From: an uncultured Acidobacteriota bacterium | GTDB lineage: Bacteria; Acidobacteriota; Terriglobia; Terriglobales; Acidobacteriaceae | DNA: 64,000 nucleotides | Assembly: GCA_963735505.1 (NCBI GenBank) | Contig: CAVTLR010000007.1 | Coordinates: 323,807 to 387,806 of the forward strand | Reading direction: 5' to 3' | In this document: piece after piece, positions 47,264-56,949 of the stretch | Layout: every line of letters begins with the position of its first letter | How positions within the stretch are numbered: the first letter of the stretch is position 1 | Notes under the pieces: model-generated | What the model was told of the DNA's origin: nothing | Databases searched by the model: none | The model's input: the letters and a program-made list of their open reading frames with translations, nothing else | Position numbers and translations under genes: made by a program

Positions 47264-48385
47264 ATGGATCAGCCAACGACTTTGCGAAAGATTGTTCACG
47301 TGGACATGGACGCTTTCTACGCCTCGGTGGAACAACGGGATAATCCAAAACTTCGCGGCAAACCAGTCGTAGTTGCATGGCGCGGCAACCGTTCCGTGGT
47401 TTGCGCCGCTTCCTACGAGGCTCGCCGTTATGGCATTCGATCTGCCATGCCCGCAGTACGGGCGGAGCGACTTTGCCCTGAAGCGGTTTTTATCCCGCCC
47501 GATTTCGTGCGGTATAAGGCTGTGTCGCTGGCTGTGCGGGAGATCTTTCGGCGGCACACAGACTTGATTGAGCCGTTATCCCTCGATGAAGCCTATCTCG
47601 ATGTGACTGAAAACAAGACACAGCTTCCGACGGCGACGCGGGTAGCGAAGATGATTCGCGAACAGATACGCGACGAGTTGAACCTGACCGCATCCGCGGG
47701 TGTGGCGCCGAACAAATTTCTCGCCAAGATCGCTTCCGACTGGAAGAAGCCCGATGGACTATTTGTCATTCAGCCTCACCAGGTGCAGAGCTTTCTTCTG
47801 CCATTGCCGGTGGGCCGCATCCCAGGCGTGGGACGGGTCACAGAGAGTCGCATGAATGCAGTCGGAATCGCCACGGTGGGCGATCTCTACGCGCTTGAAC
47901 TATCGACTCTGGAAAATCATTTCGGCAGTTATGGCCTTCGCCTGTATCAACTCGCGCGAGGCATCGACGACAATCCTGTCGTGCCAAATCGAGTAAGTAA
48001 GTCGATCTCTGCTGAAGATACATTTCCGGAAGATATTCCGCTGGTGGATACAGAGCCGGAGATTCGTCGGCTGGCTGAGAAGGTCTGGAAAGCATCGCAC
48101 GGCAACGCTTGTGCTGCCAGAACCGTGGTTCTAAAGTTGAAGACAAAGGAGTTCACGAGCCTTACACGCAGTCTGACGCCGCCAACTCCGCCCACTTCCT
48201 GTGAGGAACTGACGTCAATAGCCCTTACCCTGCGCGAACGCGTGGACGTAGAACAGAAGCAACTTTTTCGCCTGGTTGGCGTTGGCCTAAGCAACTTTCA
48301 AGCAGTTGACGAGCCCACCTCGCCAACTTCACCCGGCCTCGCATGGAATCGGGAAGAGGCAACAGATTCCGAAATCGAAGGCTGA
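47264..48385 (+). CDS. dinB: DNA polymerase IV (Y-family translesion polymerase)
   Basis: 373 aa. Motifs IVHVDMDAFYASVEQRDNPKLRGKPVVV, CAASYEARRYGIRSAMP and SLDEAYLDVT. GGAG lies 5 nt upstream of the ATG. Confidence 0.9.
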   Translation: MDQPTTLRKIVHVDMDAFYASVEQRDNPKLRGKPVVVAWRGNRSVVCAASYEARRYGIRSAMPAVRAERLCPEAVFIPPDFVRYKAVSLAVREIFRRHTDLIEPLSLDEAYLDVTENKTQLPTATRVAKMIREQIRDELNLTASAGVAPNKFLAKIASDWKKPDGLFVIQPHQVQSFLLPLPVGRIPGVGRVTESRMNAVGIATVGDLYALELSTLENHFGSYGLRLYQLARGIDDNPVVPNRVSKSISAEDTFPEDIPLVDTEPEIRRLAEKVWKASHGNACAARTVVLKLKTKEFTSLTRSLTPPTPPTSCEELTSIALTLRERVDVEQKQLFRLVGVGLSNFQAVDEPTSPTSPGLAWNREEATDSEIEG

Positions 48386-48510
48386 AAAGCTCGCAGACAT
48401 TGCAGCGCTGCTACGTCGCTAGCGCGATATAGCAGCACCACTCGAAACCGGCGCAGGGGCAACACGCTGCAGAAGTTGCATGTCGCGCCGCGCCCTTGAA
48501 TGTCACCTGC

Positions 48511-48837
48511 CTACAGGCAATATGCCTGGTCGCAATTGACTTGCGGCGTCGCATCTTGCGGCAAAGTTCTCAGGTTGGGGCGGTTCTGTTCATGCCCTTC
48601 CAGGTCGGCATCGGCCAGGAAGTCAATCGCTGCTTCGTCGAGCGTTGCGCCTGTACCAAAGATGTCGCTGCCTTCCACCTCGACCCAATAGACACCATGA
48701 CGCTTTCCGGTTGTGACGGCGTGCTGCCCGGCAAGCACACGAACCTTGTCCATCGGTGTGGGTTCTCGTTGCGCCAACGCCTGCATTGGGCAAATCAGCA
48801 ATGCTGCAATCAATCCAGATCGAATAATCTTCTCCAT
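48511..48837 (-). CDS. small hypothetical secreted protein
   Basis: MEKIIRSGLIAALLICPMQALAQ looks like a Sec signal peptide. The rest has protein-like composition. A same-size antisense ORF also exists, so the strand choice is tentative. Confidence 0.35.
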   Translation of the reverse strand: MEKIIRSGLIAALLICPMQALAQREPTPMDKVRVLAGQHAVTTGKRHGVYWVEVEGSDIFGTGATLDEAAIDFLADADLEGHEQNRPNLRTLPQDATPQVNCDQAYCL

Positions 48838-48908
48838 GCTCTCCCTCATTCTTCTGACCGAGAATGTTCCTGCTCCCCTACTTAGTAAAGCTCACATCGA
48901 TTCGATGC

Positions 48909-49289
48909 TCACATCCGCCCAAAGTGTCGTCCGGCGTCATTAATTTGGGTGATGCAACTATCCCTTTGCTCTGCCAATTGTAGCCATGATCCAGCAAAGG
49001 ACAAGCCTCGATTTCGCGCTTCAGTCACGTTTCCCGGCGTGAACCGAGGGCTCGGCATAGGAACAATTTCTCCTGCATAATTACCGTCGTAATCACTCAA
49101 AAGAATCGTACTTTCGTCCTTCTCGATCGTGTATTCCAGCGTCAGCGAGCGCCCATTCGCACTGTTCACCACGGCATCCGTATGGGATGAAACGGCGACT
49201 TCGTTTCCCTTGTGTTCGGGACCGAGGAACCGTTTGCAATAGTGCTTACAAGAAACCACCCGGCGGCATCTGCGCATAAAAATGCACAC
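48909..49289 (-). CDS. hypothetical protein (weak call)
   Basis: 126-aa ORF with a GTG start, a Cys/Arg-rich N-terminus and no recognisable motif. Confidence 0.2.
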   Translation of the reverse strand: MCIFMRRCRRVVSCKHYCKRFLGPEHKGNEVAVSSHTDAVVNSANGRSLTLEYTIEKDESTILLSDYDGNYAGEIVPMPSPRFTPGNVTEARNRGLSFAGSWLQLAEQRDSCITQINDAGRHFGRM

Positions 49290-49723
49290 CCGTTACCCGC
49301 GTAATGCTTGATGCGCAAATGCGCGTAATCGGCACGGCCATTACTTATTTTGCAAAATGCACTCAAAAATCTTGGGTCAACTCCGCGCACGGCGGCTCGT
49401 GAAAGCACTCGCATCCTCTTTATCGGCACCCTTTCGCCCTTCCCTTAACAGCGCCAGCCCGTGCGACGAGAGGATCGCTGCGAGATTTAGTGCGTCGATC
49501 CCGGGACACTTACTGATTCGAGATGGCGGACGTCAAAAGGAGCTGGCTGATTTAAGGGGACTGGGCCAACTATGACTCGTTTTCGCATGAAGCCGACAAT
49601 CTTCCCGTGGTTGAGTACCTTGGAAGATTTGCAGCGTTTTCGAGGGGAGAAAACATCAAGCAAATCGGCATCCGGGCAGGTCAAAACTCTCGACCGAAGC
49701 TACTCGGAGATTGAAGTCAAAAT

Positions 49724-49761
49724 AAATGGTCGAGGTTGGCAAGCCAACCTCGACCATTTTT
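49724..49761. terminator. bidirectional rho-independent terminator downstream of the phosphoesterase gene
   Basis: AAATGGTCGAGGTTGG-caag-CCAACCTCGACCATTT is a perfect 16-bp stem. It is flanked by an A-rich tract on the left and TTTT on the right. Confidence 0.7.
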
Positions 49762-49823
49762 CCGGATACCCCGCTGACGAACTGTTCGGGTGTATTTCTA
49801 TTTCTCAGATCGAAGTGGAAATG

Positions 49824-51971
49824 TTATTGACCACCCAATCCGTTGGCGTTGCTATTGCCGTTGGCGACGCTGATCTGATTTCCGTTTCCTTCACCACCCC
49901 ACCCATCCTGATGAAAGTGGAACACGTCGAACAGGTCGCTAATCGCGGGGCCGTTCACCGGTACCCAAGGATTGTCGGGCAACGTAATTGGGTTAGGATC
50001 GTTGTCTCGGCTGCGATTTGTAATTGGGCTCAGCCGCCAGTTTCTTTCGATGAATTTCAGGATGGAAACGTGGTCCGAATACTCGTGAGAAATATATCCA
50101 CCCCGAGTATATGGAGAAACGATAATCATCGGAATCCGGGTCCCATCGCCAAAATAATCGAGCGGCTGCACATAACCGGAGTCATAATAGCCGCCGCCTT
50201 CGTCGAAGGTGATGATGATCGCGGTATCCCGCCATAACGTCGGGTTGGCCCGGACGGCATCCACGATCTTCTTGCTGAAACCTTCGAACAGATCAAGCTT
50301 CGAAGACGACGGATGTCCATCGACAAGTCCGCTGGGCTTGACGAACGAAACTGCCGGCAAGTTTCCACTCTGGATGTCGGCGTAGAGGTTTGCTGTGTCC
50401 TGGATATGTGCCGTGCGTACAGCCGCATTCGCCATGATGGATGTGTCGTATTGGAATGGATTGCAAATATTGCAGTATTCATCGGACTTTGCGCCAATAG
50501 CCCCATAGTTCAGCTGGTATGGATCATTGACGTAGTTATTCCACTGATCGCCGTAATACTTCCACGAGATGTTACTGGCGATTAATTCGTCTCCGATGCT
50601 GCGCGTGGAAGAAGGCGGAACGGTGAACACGGTGTTATTTGGGTTGGTATCCGTAAATGCATTGTTGCCATTGCCAAAATATCCAGGGTTGTAATTGTTC
50701 AATAGGTAGTAGTGACCTGCCTGGCAGTTAGTCTTCACGGGTTTCGGCAATGAATTCAGATAGTGAACGATGGGCGCAACGCCTGGCTGCGTTGTGTCTG
50801 CGCAATCGGTGTACGAGCCGCCGCCGTACGATGCGGAACCGTACGAACCACCGCCGTACCCATCTTCGCTAAACCAGTTATTGGTATTGGCTGCCGGATT
50901 TGGATTTTCGACTTCATCCACGATCCCGGCATTTGCAGTGCCTGCCGCGACTTCCACGTTATGAGGAGGAACCGCTGGATGGCCATTGCCGTCACTGAAC
51001 CAGATCATATCGCCGTGGCCCAGCATGATATGGTTCGCACCCGTGCCGCCAAGGACGGACTGATGAAAGTTGTCGCTCATTGAATATTCGTCTGCGAGCG
51101 AGTTGAAGTAGGGCACGTCACCTTTCTGGACGTTATAGAAGCCCATTGCAGTTGCACCTTCTCCCGTGGTGACCGCGTTCGGGGAGTATTCCGTGCTGAA
51201 GCTCGCTGGTTGTGCGACGCCGTTTGTTCCGGCCCCGACCGTAACTTCCACCCAGGGAAATAACTTGGCATCACAACCGGATGGATTGTAGAGGTTTGCG
51301 TGCGATACGTTGCAATCCAACTGTTGCCACATTTGATAAAAGCGATGGACTGGACTTTGAGCGTAGGAGTTGTAAGTAAAACTCGTCCCATTCGTCAGCT
51401 CAAATGGTCCTGGAGGCAAATCGTTGACGTTTGTGATACGAGTATCGGGTATTTTTGAATTCAGGCCAGTGCCTCCTGAAACTAGATACTGGTAATAGTC
51501 CTGCGGTAATCCGTTTTCGGATTCTTCTGCGAGCGTGAGGCTGTCGTTTTTTACATATGAGTCTGTCGGACCACCGACAAGTGGGGCGGGCAGAACATTA
51601 TTCGTGAACGAAGTCTTGGCAGGGCTGAGCAGAAAGGCGTCGGGGGCCTGATCGCTGGCAGCTTTTTGCTCGACCTCTTTAAAATTCGGCCCGGGCGTCC
51701 CGTCGGCATTGATGATTCCTTCCGACAACAGGTTCCATACCACCTGGTGCCCTTTTGGAACGTAGGTGGCAAAAACGTGGTCGAAACTGCGGTTCTCGCC
51801 GATGATGACGATCACGTGTTTGATGGGTGTGACAGTATCACCATCGCGGGATGGTTGTGAGGGAGGCCCACTGGCCCACGAAACGCCCACTGCCATTTGG
51901 CAGACCATGAGGCCAACCAAAATAGTGCGCGCGCTCTGCAACGTTGTTGCTGCGATCGATTTCAGCGTCAT
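49824..51971 (-). CDS. secreted phosphoesterase-family protein (phospholipase C/AcpA acid phosphatase family)
   Basis: ATG 51971 is preceded by GGAGGAG and gives a signal peptide ...GVSWASG. Motifs HVIVIIGENRSFDHVFATY and RIPMIIVSPYTRGGYISHEYSDHVSILKFIERNW. The C-terminal tail is Gly/Asn-rich. Confidence 0.8.
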   Translation of the reverse strand: MTLKSIAATTLQSARTILVGLMVCQMAVGVSWASGPPSQPSRDGDTVTPIKHVIVIIGENRSFDHVFATYVPKGHQVVWNLLSEGIINADGTPGPNFKEVEQKAASDQAPDAFLLSPAKTSFTNNVLPAPLVGGPTDSYVKNDSLTLAEESENGLPQDYYQYLVSGGTGLNSKIPDTRITNVNDLPPGPFELTNGTSFTYNSYAQSPVHRFYQMWQQLDCNVSHANLYNPSGCDAKLFPWVEVTVGAGTNGVAQPASFSTEYSPNAVTTGEGATAMGFYNVQKGDVPYFNSLADEYSMSDNFHQSVLGGTGANHIMLGHGDMIWFSDGNGHPAVPPHNVEVAAGTANAGIVDEVENPNPAANTNNWFSEDGYGGGSYGSASYGGGSYTDCADTTQPGVAPIVHYLNSLPKPVKTNCQAGHYYLLNNYNPGYFGNGNNAFTDTNPNNTVFTVPPSSTRSIGDELIASNISWKYYGDQWNNYVNDPYQLNYGAIGAKSDEYCNICNPFQYDTSIMANAAVRTAHIQDTANLYADIQSGNLPAVSFVKPSGLVDGHPSSSKLDLFEGFSKKIVDAVRANPTLWRDTAIIITFDEGGGYYDSGYVQPLDYFGDGTRIPMIIVSPYTRGGYISHEYSDHVSILKFIERNWRLSPITNRSRDNDPNPITLPDNPWVPVNGPAISDLFDVFHFHQDGWGGEGNGNQISVANGNSNANGLGGQ

Positions 51972-52135
51972 ACATCTCCTCCAGGGAAATGGAGCGGTCT
52001 GCTCCATCGGAATAGTTTTATCTCCGCAATATTTCAACTGCATGTCGGTCCTGTGAACGGGAAATAAATGTTGGAAGGGATGCGTTGGATGAAACGAGAA
52101 TTGATTGGATAAATTTCGAAGAGACTCTGTCGATT

Positions 52136-53887
52136 TCAATGCAAGAGTGATTTAGAAGGCAGCGATGGCTCTGCCGGTTCCACGCGAATCGTCCCCATCA
52201 TTCCCTTATCTTCATGTTCTAAAAGATGGCAATGGTAGACGAAGGTGCCGATAATATTTGGATCGCGAAAATCCATACGCAGTCTAACACTGGGATACTC
52301 AAAAGATCGGCCGTTGTAATAGGGAACATTCACCGTGTCGCGCAGAAACGGCTCATTGACGGGTCGACCCATATAGTCGAGCAGCAGGAAGTGGAGTTGA
52401 TGGATGTGGAACGCATGCAATTCATTCGAACGATTCTCGATAATCCAATCTTCTACTGTGCCCTGCTTCGCAATGATATTCGGGATGCCGGAGTTAGGAT
52501 CGAAAGGCTTCGGTGTTTGACCGTCAACGGTGATGTAAAACTCGGTCGCGCTGGCGGGATTATTGGGATCGGATAGCTTCTCCGAGAAATACAGCATGCG
52601 AGTTCTTACGGGCTTGACACTTCCTAGCCACGGAATTGCAGGCGGAGGAAGCGGTTTCGGTGAAGCACTCAGGGTAGAAGGCGGCTCGGGCGCAGTCGGC
52701 GAAACTTCAATCATTGCAATCGTACGGTTAGGATCGTTTTCTCCTCCCGGTCCGGTATCCACCGTTTTCGTTACCAAAAGCCCGGTCTCTCCCTGTGGCG
52801 GCCCTTTCACAATAAATTCAACCCGCGCCCCGGGGGGGATTCCAAGATGACTCTGCCAATCGACAAAGTCTCGCGGACCTTCATTCAGGTTCAACGGAAC
52901 CCCATCGAGCGCCACCAGACCCAGCGGCTGCGGCACGCGGCGAAACAGAACTTCTAAATCTAAATAGGTGATGGCGGAGGCGTTCAATACGCGCCAAAGT
53001 TGGCGCTCACCGGAATTCATCTTGATGATTGCAGGCTGGTAGCTGGGATATGGAACCGGAACGAAGTTGATCGAGAGATCCTTGGCAGGTTTGCCGAAGC
53101 CTGTGCCCGTATTGGCGGCGTCTCCATCGTGATCAAAAAACATTTTGGGAATCACCGGCTCCGACTTGTCGGGTGGAGCGGTCGGATGCAAAAGATCTCG
53201 ATCTCGAATCACGAGCACTTGTTCCGGCAGACCTGCCAAAGCGCTGTCCGCCCTCTCAATCCCCTGAACAATCAGCGCACCGGATGCGCCGCCTAAAACT
53301 TCCGTCTCAGCGAAGCCGTGAATATGCGGGTGATACCAGTACAGCCCCGGCGGCTCGTTTTCCGGGATGCGAAACTTGTACTCAAACGGCCGAGCGCCGG
53401 ACGGTATTGACGTAGTGAGAACATCATCCTTATGGCAGGTAGGTGGAATCGTCAATCCATGGAAATGAAGGTTGGTGGACGTCGCCGTCATCGTCGTTCC
53501 CGGCGAACACGGCTTTTCGCCATATTTTTCTCCCATCTTCATAGGAGCATGGCCGGGCATGGCAGCAGCCCCGGGGTGAGGATTCGTCAGATCATTTTTC
53601 AAACGGATGATGACAAGATCACCAGGCTTGGCTCGCAGCGTCGGCGATTCGTCTCCGTGCTCGTCGATGTAGCAGTAGCGAGTGGAACCGTCCGGTTCAG
53701 TCGAGTCGTGAATCGTTAAATCTACTTTCAGAACACCATTTTTGCTTCGCAGGTCCGCTGGCTGAGTGACGATACTTCCCGGTTGGGGGCGAAGGCAGGG
53801 ATTTTTGGGTATCCGCTCGGCACCAAGATTCAGGTGGTATTGCCCCCAACACAAACTCAGCCACGCCACCAGAAAAAACTTCTTCAA
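52136..53887 (-). CDS. multicopper oxidase (laccase/CueO-like)
   Basis: Copper-ligand motifs HFHG, WYHPHIHG, HAFHIHQ and HCHLLEHEDKGMMG. TTG start at 53887 with AGGAAGG 9 nt upstream. Confidence 0.85.
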   Translation of the reverse strand: MKKFFLVAWLSLCWGQYHLNLGAERIPKNPCLRPQPGSIVTQPADLRSKNGVLKVDLTIHDSTEPDGSTRYCYIDEHGDESPTLRAKPGDLVIIRLKNDLTNPHPGAAAMPGHAPMKMGEKYGEKPCSPGTTMTATSTNLHFHGLTIPPTCHKDDVLTTSIPSGARPFEYKFRIPENEPPGLYWYHPHIHGFAETEVLGGASGALIVQGIERADSALAGLPEQVLVIRDRDLLHPTAPPDKSEPVIPKMFFDHDGDAANTGTGFGKPAKDLSINFVPVPYPSYQPAIIKMNSGERQLWRVLNASAITYLDLEVLFRRVPQPLGLVALDGVPLNLNEGPRDFVDWQSHLGIPPGARVEFIVKGPPQGETGLLVTKTVDTGPGGENDPNRTIAMIEVSPTAPEPPSTLSASPKPLPPPAIPWLGSVKPVRTRMLYFSEKLSDPNNPASATEFYITVDGQTPKPFDPNSGIPNIIAKQGTVEDWIIENRSNELHAFHIHQLHFLLLDYMGRPVNEPFLRDTVNVPYYNGRSFEYPSVRLRMDFRDPNIIGTFVYHCHLLEHEDKGMMGTIRVEPAEPSLPSKSLLH

Positions 53888-54156
53888 CCTAAAAACCTTC
53901 CTAACGTGGACGCCAGGCAGTCGTTGACAGCCTCTGGCATCTGATATCGATCTCTATTCCGCTAGATTATTTGGTGCGAGATCAAAGCTTGATGAATACG
54001 ACTTGAAATGCTCCTTGGTCGGCCGCGGCCATTCCGTATTCGCCTCCAAAAATCATCATTCTTTAATATTTCCTCTGTTACCTTGGCTCACGACGTTGCT
54101 GAAGAAATCGAGATCCGCGAAAGTTTGCGCCGCGTCCCCAGGGAGAAAAGTGCCGC

Positions 54157-55272
54157 ATGGGTAGTCGCCTCATAAGTCTGGTTTGCCAAGCACGAAAAGC
54201 TGCAATATTCACCGCGGGACTCGTGCTCATTTCGTTTGCCGCAGCACAAACAACCCCGATTTCTATCAGCGAAACCGGTTCTACCCTGATCTTTCCGCTA
54301 TTCAAGGCTTGGGTTGCCGCTTATTCGAAGGTGGATCCCAATCTTCACCTGACTGTGGGCTCAACGGGTTCGGGAGCCGGGATCACGCAGGCCATCGCCA
54401 ACCGGGTGCAGATCGGGACTTCCGACGCCTATATGTCAGACGATCAGAAAATGGCGCATCCAGAAATTCTGAATATCCCGCTCGCTATTTCCGCGCAGGT
54501 GGTGGGGGCGAATCTGCCTGAGTTGCGAGGTGCTCCCCTCAAATTGAGCGGCCCTGTCCTGGCGGACATCTATACCGGCAAAATCCATAGCTGGGATGCG
54601 GCTCCGATTGCTGCTCTCAACTCAGGTGTGCATCTGCCGCACCACGCCATTATTCCGGTTCATCGTGCTGACGGATCGGGAGACACCTTCATCTTCACCC
54701 AGTTCCTCAGCTTCACGACCTGTGCATCGGGAGACACGGACGACCCAACCTGCCACGGCACCTGGGCAGTCTCAATCGGCTACGATACCGTCGTACATTG
54801 GCCGGCTGTATCGGGTGCAATCAGCGCAACCGGCAACCAGGGCATGGTGCAGACTCTCTCCCACACCCCCTATTCGGTCGGCTATCTGGGAGGAAGCTTT
54901 CAGGACCAGGCGAACACGGCCGGCCTCATCACAGCAATGCTGAAGAATCAATCAGGAAAATTCCTGCTGCCGAACCAGAACACCGTCACCGCCGCGGCTG
55001 CATCGCTCACGCCGCGAACTCCCGCGGATGAACGCCTCACTCTGGTGTTCGCCCCTGGAGACGATTCTTATCCGCTGATCAATTACGAATACGCTGTGGT
55101 TTCACAGAAGCAGGCGAATCCGCAAACTGCCTCCGCCATCGGCAATTTTCTGCTCTGGTGCATCTCTCCGCAAGGTGGAAGCGCGCCGAGCATGCTTGAT
55201 CCGGTTCACTTTATTCCATTGCCGACTGCGATACGCGCGCGCAGCGAAATACAGATCGCCAAGATTCAATAA
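54157..55272 (+). CDS. pstS: phosphate ABC-transporter substrate-binding protein PstS
   Basis: Signal peptide, then ISETGSTLIFPLFKAWVAAY, GSTGSGAGI, GTSDAYMSD and YPLINYEY. Confidence 0.85.
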   Translation: MGSRLISLVCQARKAAIFTAGLVLISFAAAQTTPISISETGSTLIFPLFKAWVAAYSKVDPNLHLTVGSTGSGAGITQAIANRVQIGTSDAYMSDDQKMAHPEILNIPLAISAQVVGANLPELRGAPLKLSGPVLADIYTGKIHSWDAAPIAALNSGVHLPHHAIIPVHRADGSGDTFIFTQFLSFTTCASGDTDDPTCHGTWAVSIGYDTVVHWPAVSGAISATGNQGMVQTLSHTPYSVGYLGGSFQDQANTAGLITAMLKNQSGKFLLPNQNTVTAAAASLTPRTPADERLTLVFAPGDDSYPLINYEYAVVSQKQANPQTASAIGNFLLWCISPQGGSAPSMLDPVHFIPLPTAIRARSEIQIAKIQ

Positions 55273-55329
55273 AGACCAATCATGTCGCAGCGGCTTAGCC
55301 CGCTGAATATTCTACCGAAGGATATCGCG

Positions 55330-56844
55330 ATGGCAAATACGACGAATCAACCGCCTCAACCACGTACTGTGCAGGACTATATCGATGAACGGCCGATGTG
55401 GCCCGACGGCACTCACCTGCATGCTTTTCCCATGACAACCATGCAGAAGCGTATCTGGATGCTGGCTGCTGCCGGCAAATTCTTCGAGGGCTTTGTCGTT
55501 TTCATGACTGGTGTCGCGCTGCCGCTGATTGCGCGCCAGTTCAATATTGGCGCTGCCCAGCATGGATTCGTCACTGCCGCTACTCTGGGCGGCATTCTGA
55601 TCGGCGCTGTCGGCCTGGGTAGTCTGTCGGATTATTTCGGCCGTAAATCCATGTTCATTGTCGAGATGATTATCTTCACCGCGTTTCTCGGCGCCGCTGT
55701 ATTCTGCACTAGCTTCGTCTCGCTTATATTTTGCCTCTTCGGACTCGGACTGGCGCTGGGTTGTGACTATCCCACGGCGCACATGATCATCTCCGAAAGC
55801 ATTCCCAGCACCAGCCGTGGTCGCCTGGTACTGGCCGCATTCGCATTCCAGGCAGTGGGGGCCCTAGGGGGTGCCGTAGTCGGCTATGCGGTCCTGGTCG
55901 CGGTGCCGAATCTTAATGCGTGGCGCTGGATGTTTGCCACCGCTGTCGTACCCGCGCTGGTCGTCACCATCGGCCGCTTCTACGTCACAGAAAGCGCGAA
56001 CTGGCTGCACGCGCGCGGCGCCACCGATCGGGCCAAACTTGCCGCCAGCCAACTCCTCCACCGCAAGCCGCAATATCCGGCAGACATTGTGCTTGTTCCG
56101 CAACAGTCATCCGCCAATCCAGGAGAGACGCATAACGGCGGTTCTTTTCTGTCCCTTTTCAACAAGCGGTATCGTCGCGCCACCATCCTTGCTTCGGTCC
56201 CCTGGTTCCTGCAGGATCTCAGTACCTACGGCATCGGCATCTTCACACCCACCATTCTGGCGGCTGCCATCGGACACAAAGCCGAGCATGTCCGCAGCAT
56301 GAGCGATCTCATCTCGAACGCAACCCTGGCTGCTCGCGGAGATGCGATGATCACGATGCTGCTGATCATTGGCATCGCCTTTGCTGTTGTTCTTGCCGAC
56401 AAGGTGGGTCGAATCAAGCTGCAGATTTTCGGATTTATCGGCTGCGCGGCCGGCCTGTTCCTCGCTTCGCTCTCTGTCGACTTCAGCGGCGGGATGAAAA
56501 TCATCCTGATCTTTGCCGGCTTCATGCTCTTCGACTTTATGACCAACCTGGGACCGAACGCACAAACGTATCTGCTTGCCGGCGAGGTCTTCCCGACCGC
56601 GATCCGTGGCAAGGGCGCAGGGTTTGCGGCTGCGTTTGCAAAAATCGGCGCAGTGGCAACAGCATTCTTGTTCCCTATCCTGCTGGTGACGATCGGCACG
56701 CGATGGCTGCTCTACGGACTGATTGTTGCATCGCTGCTTGGAGCTGTCGTCACCTGGATGTATCGGATCGAGACCAACGGGGTGAACCTGGATCACATCG
56801 GGGAAGTTGCGAACGAATCGGAGAATTCCAAAGCTATCGCTTAA
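55330..56844 (+). CDS. MFS transporter (sugar-porter/PHS-like superfamily; substrate unknown)
   Basis: 12 TMS. Motifs GSLSDYFGRKSMF and GLALGCDYPTAHMIISESIPSTSRGR (a G-x-DYP motif reminiscent of phosphate:H+ symporter-type MFS). The ORF maximum starts at 55282, only 9 nt after the pstS stop. Confidence 0.8.
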   Translation: MANTTNQPPQPRTVQDYIDERPMWPDGTHLHAFPMTTMQKRIWMLAAAGKFFEGFVVFMTGVALPLIARQFNIGAAQHGFVTAATLGGILIGAVGLGSLSDYFGRKSMFIVEMIIFTAFLGAAVFCTSFVSLIFCLFGLGLALGCDYPTAHMIISESIPSTSRGRLVLAAFAFQAVGALGGAVVGYAVLVAVPNLNAWRWMFATAVVPALVVTIGRFYVTESANWLHARGATDRAKLAASQLLHRKPQYPADIVLVPQQSSANPGETHNGGSFLSLFNKRYRRATILASVPWFLQDLSTYGIGIFTPTILAAAIGHKAEHVRSMSDLISNATLAARGDAMITMLLIIGIAFAVVLADKVGRIKLQIFGFIGCAAGLFLASLSVDFSGGMKIILIFAGFMLFDFMTNLGPNAQTYLLAGEVFPTAIRGKGAGFAAAFAKIGAVATAFLFPILLVTIGTRWLLYGLIVASLLGAVVTWMYRIETNGVNLDHIGEVANESENSKAIA

Positions 56845-56949
56845 TTCGTCGGATATCAAAGACCAATGCGCAGTGCCTGCAGCGCAGATTGGCGTGTATA
56901 GAAACTTCTCTCCATCTTCTGTCTGTCCGCATGACCGAATGTCATCGCT

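Noticed and set aside
49572-50237. 221-aa plus-strand ORF spanning the terminator and the 3' end of the phosphoesterase gene.
   Set aside because: It reads through a perfect 16-bp terminator hairpin and is antisense to a well-supported gene.
53888-54156. Pho box upstream of pstS.
   Set aside because: Only a single TGACAG half-site-like hexamer is present (about 53923). I saw no phased direct repeats of the CTGTCAT type.
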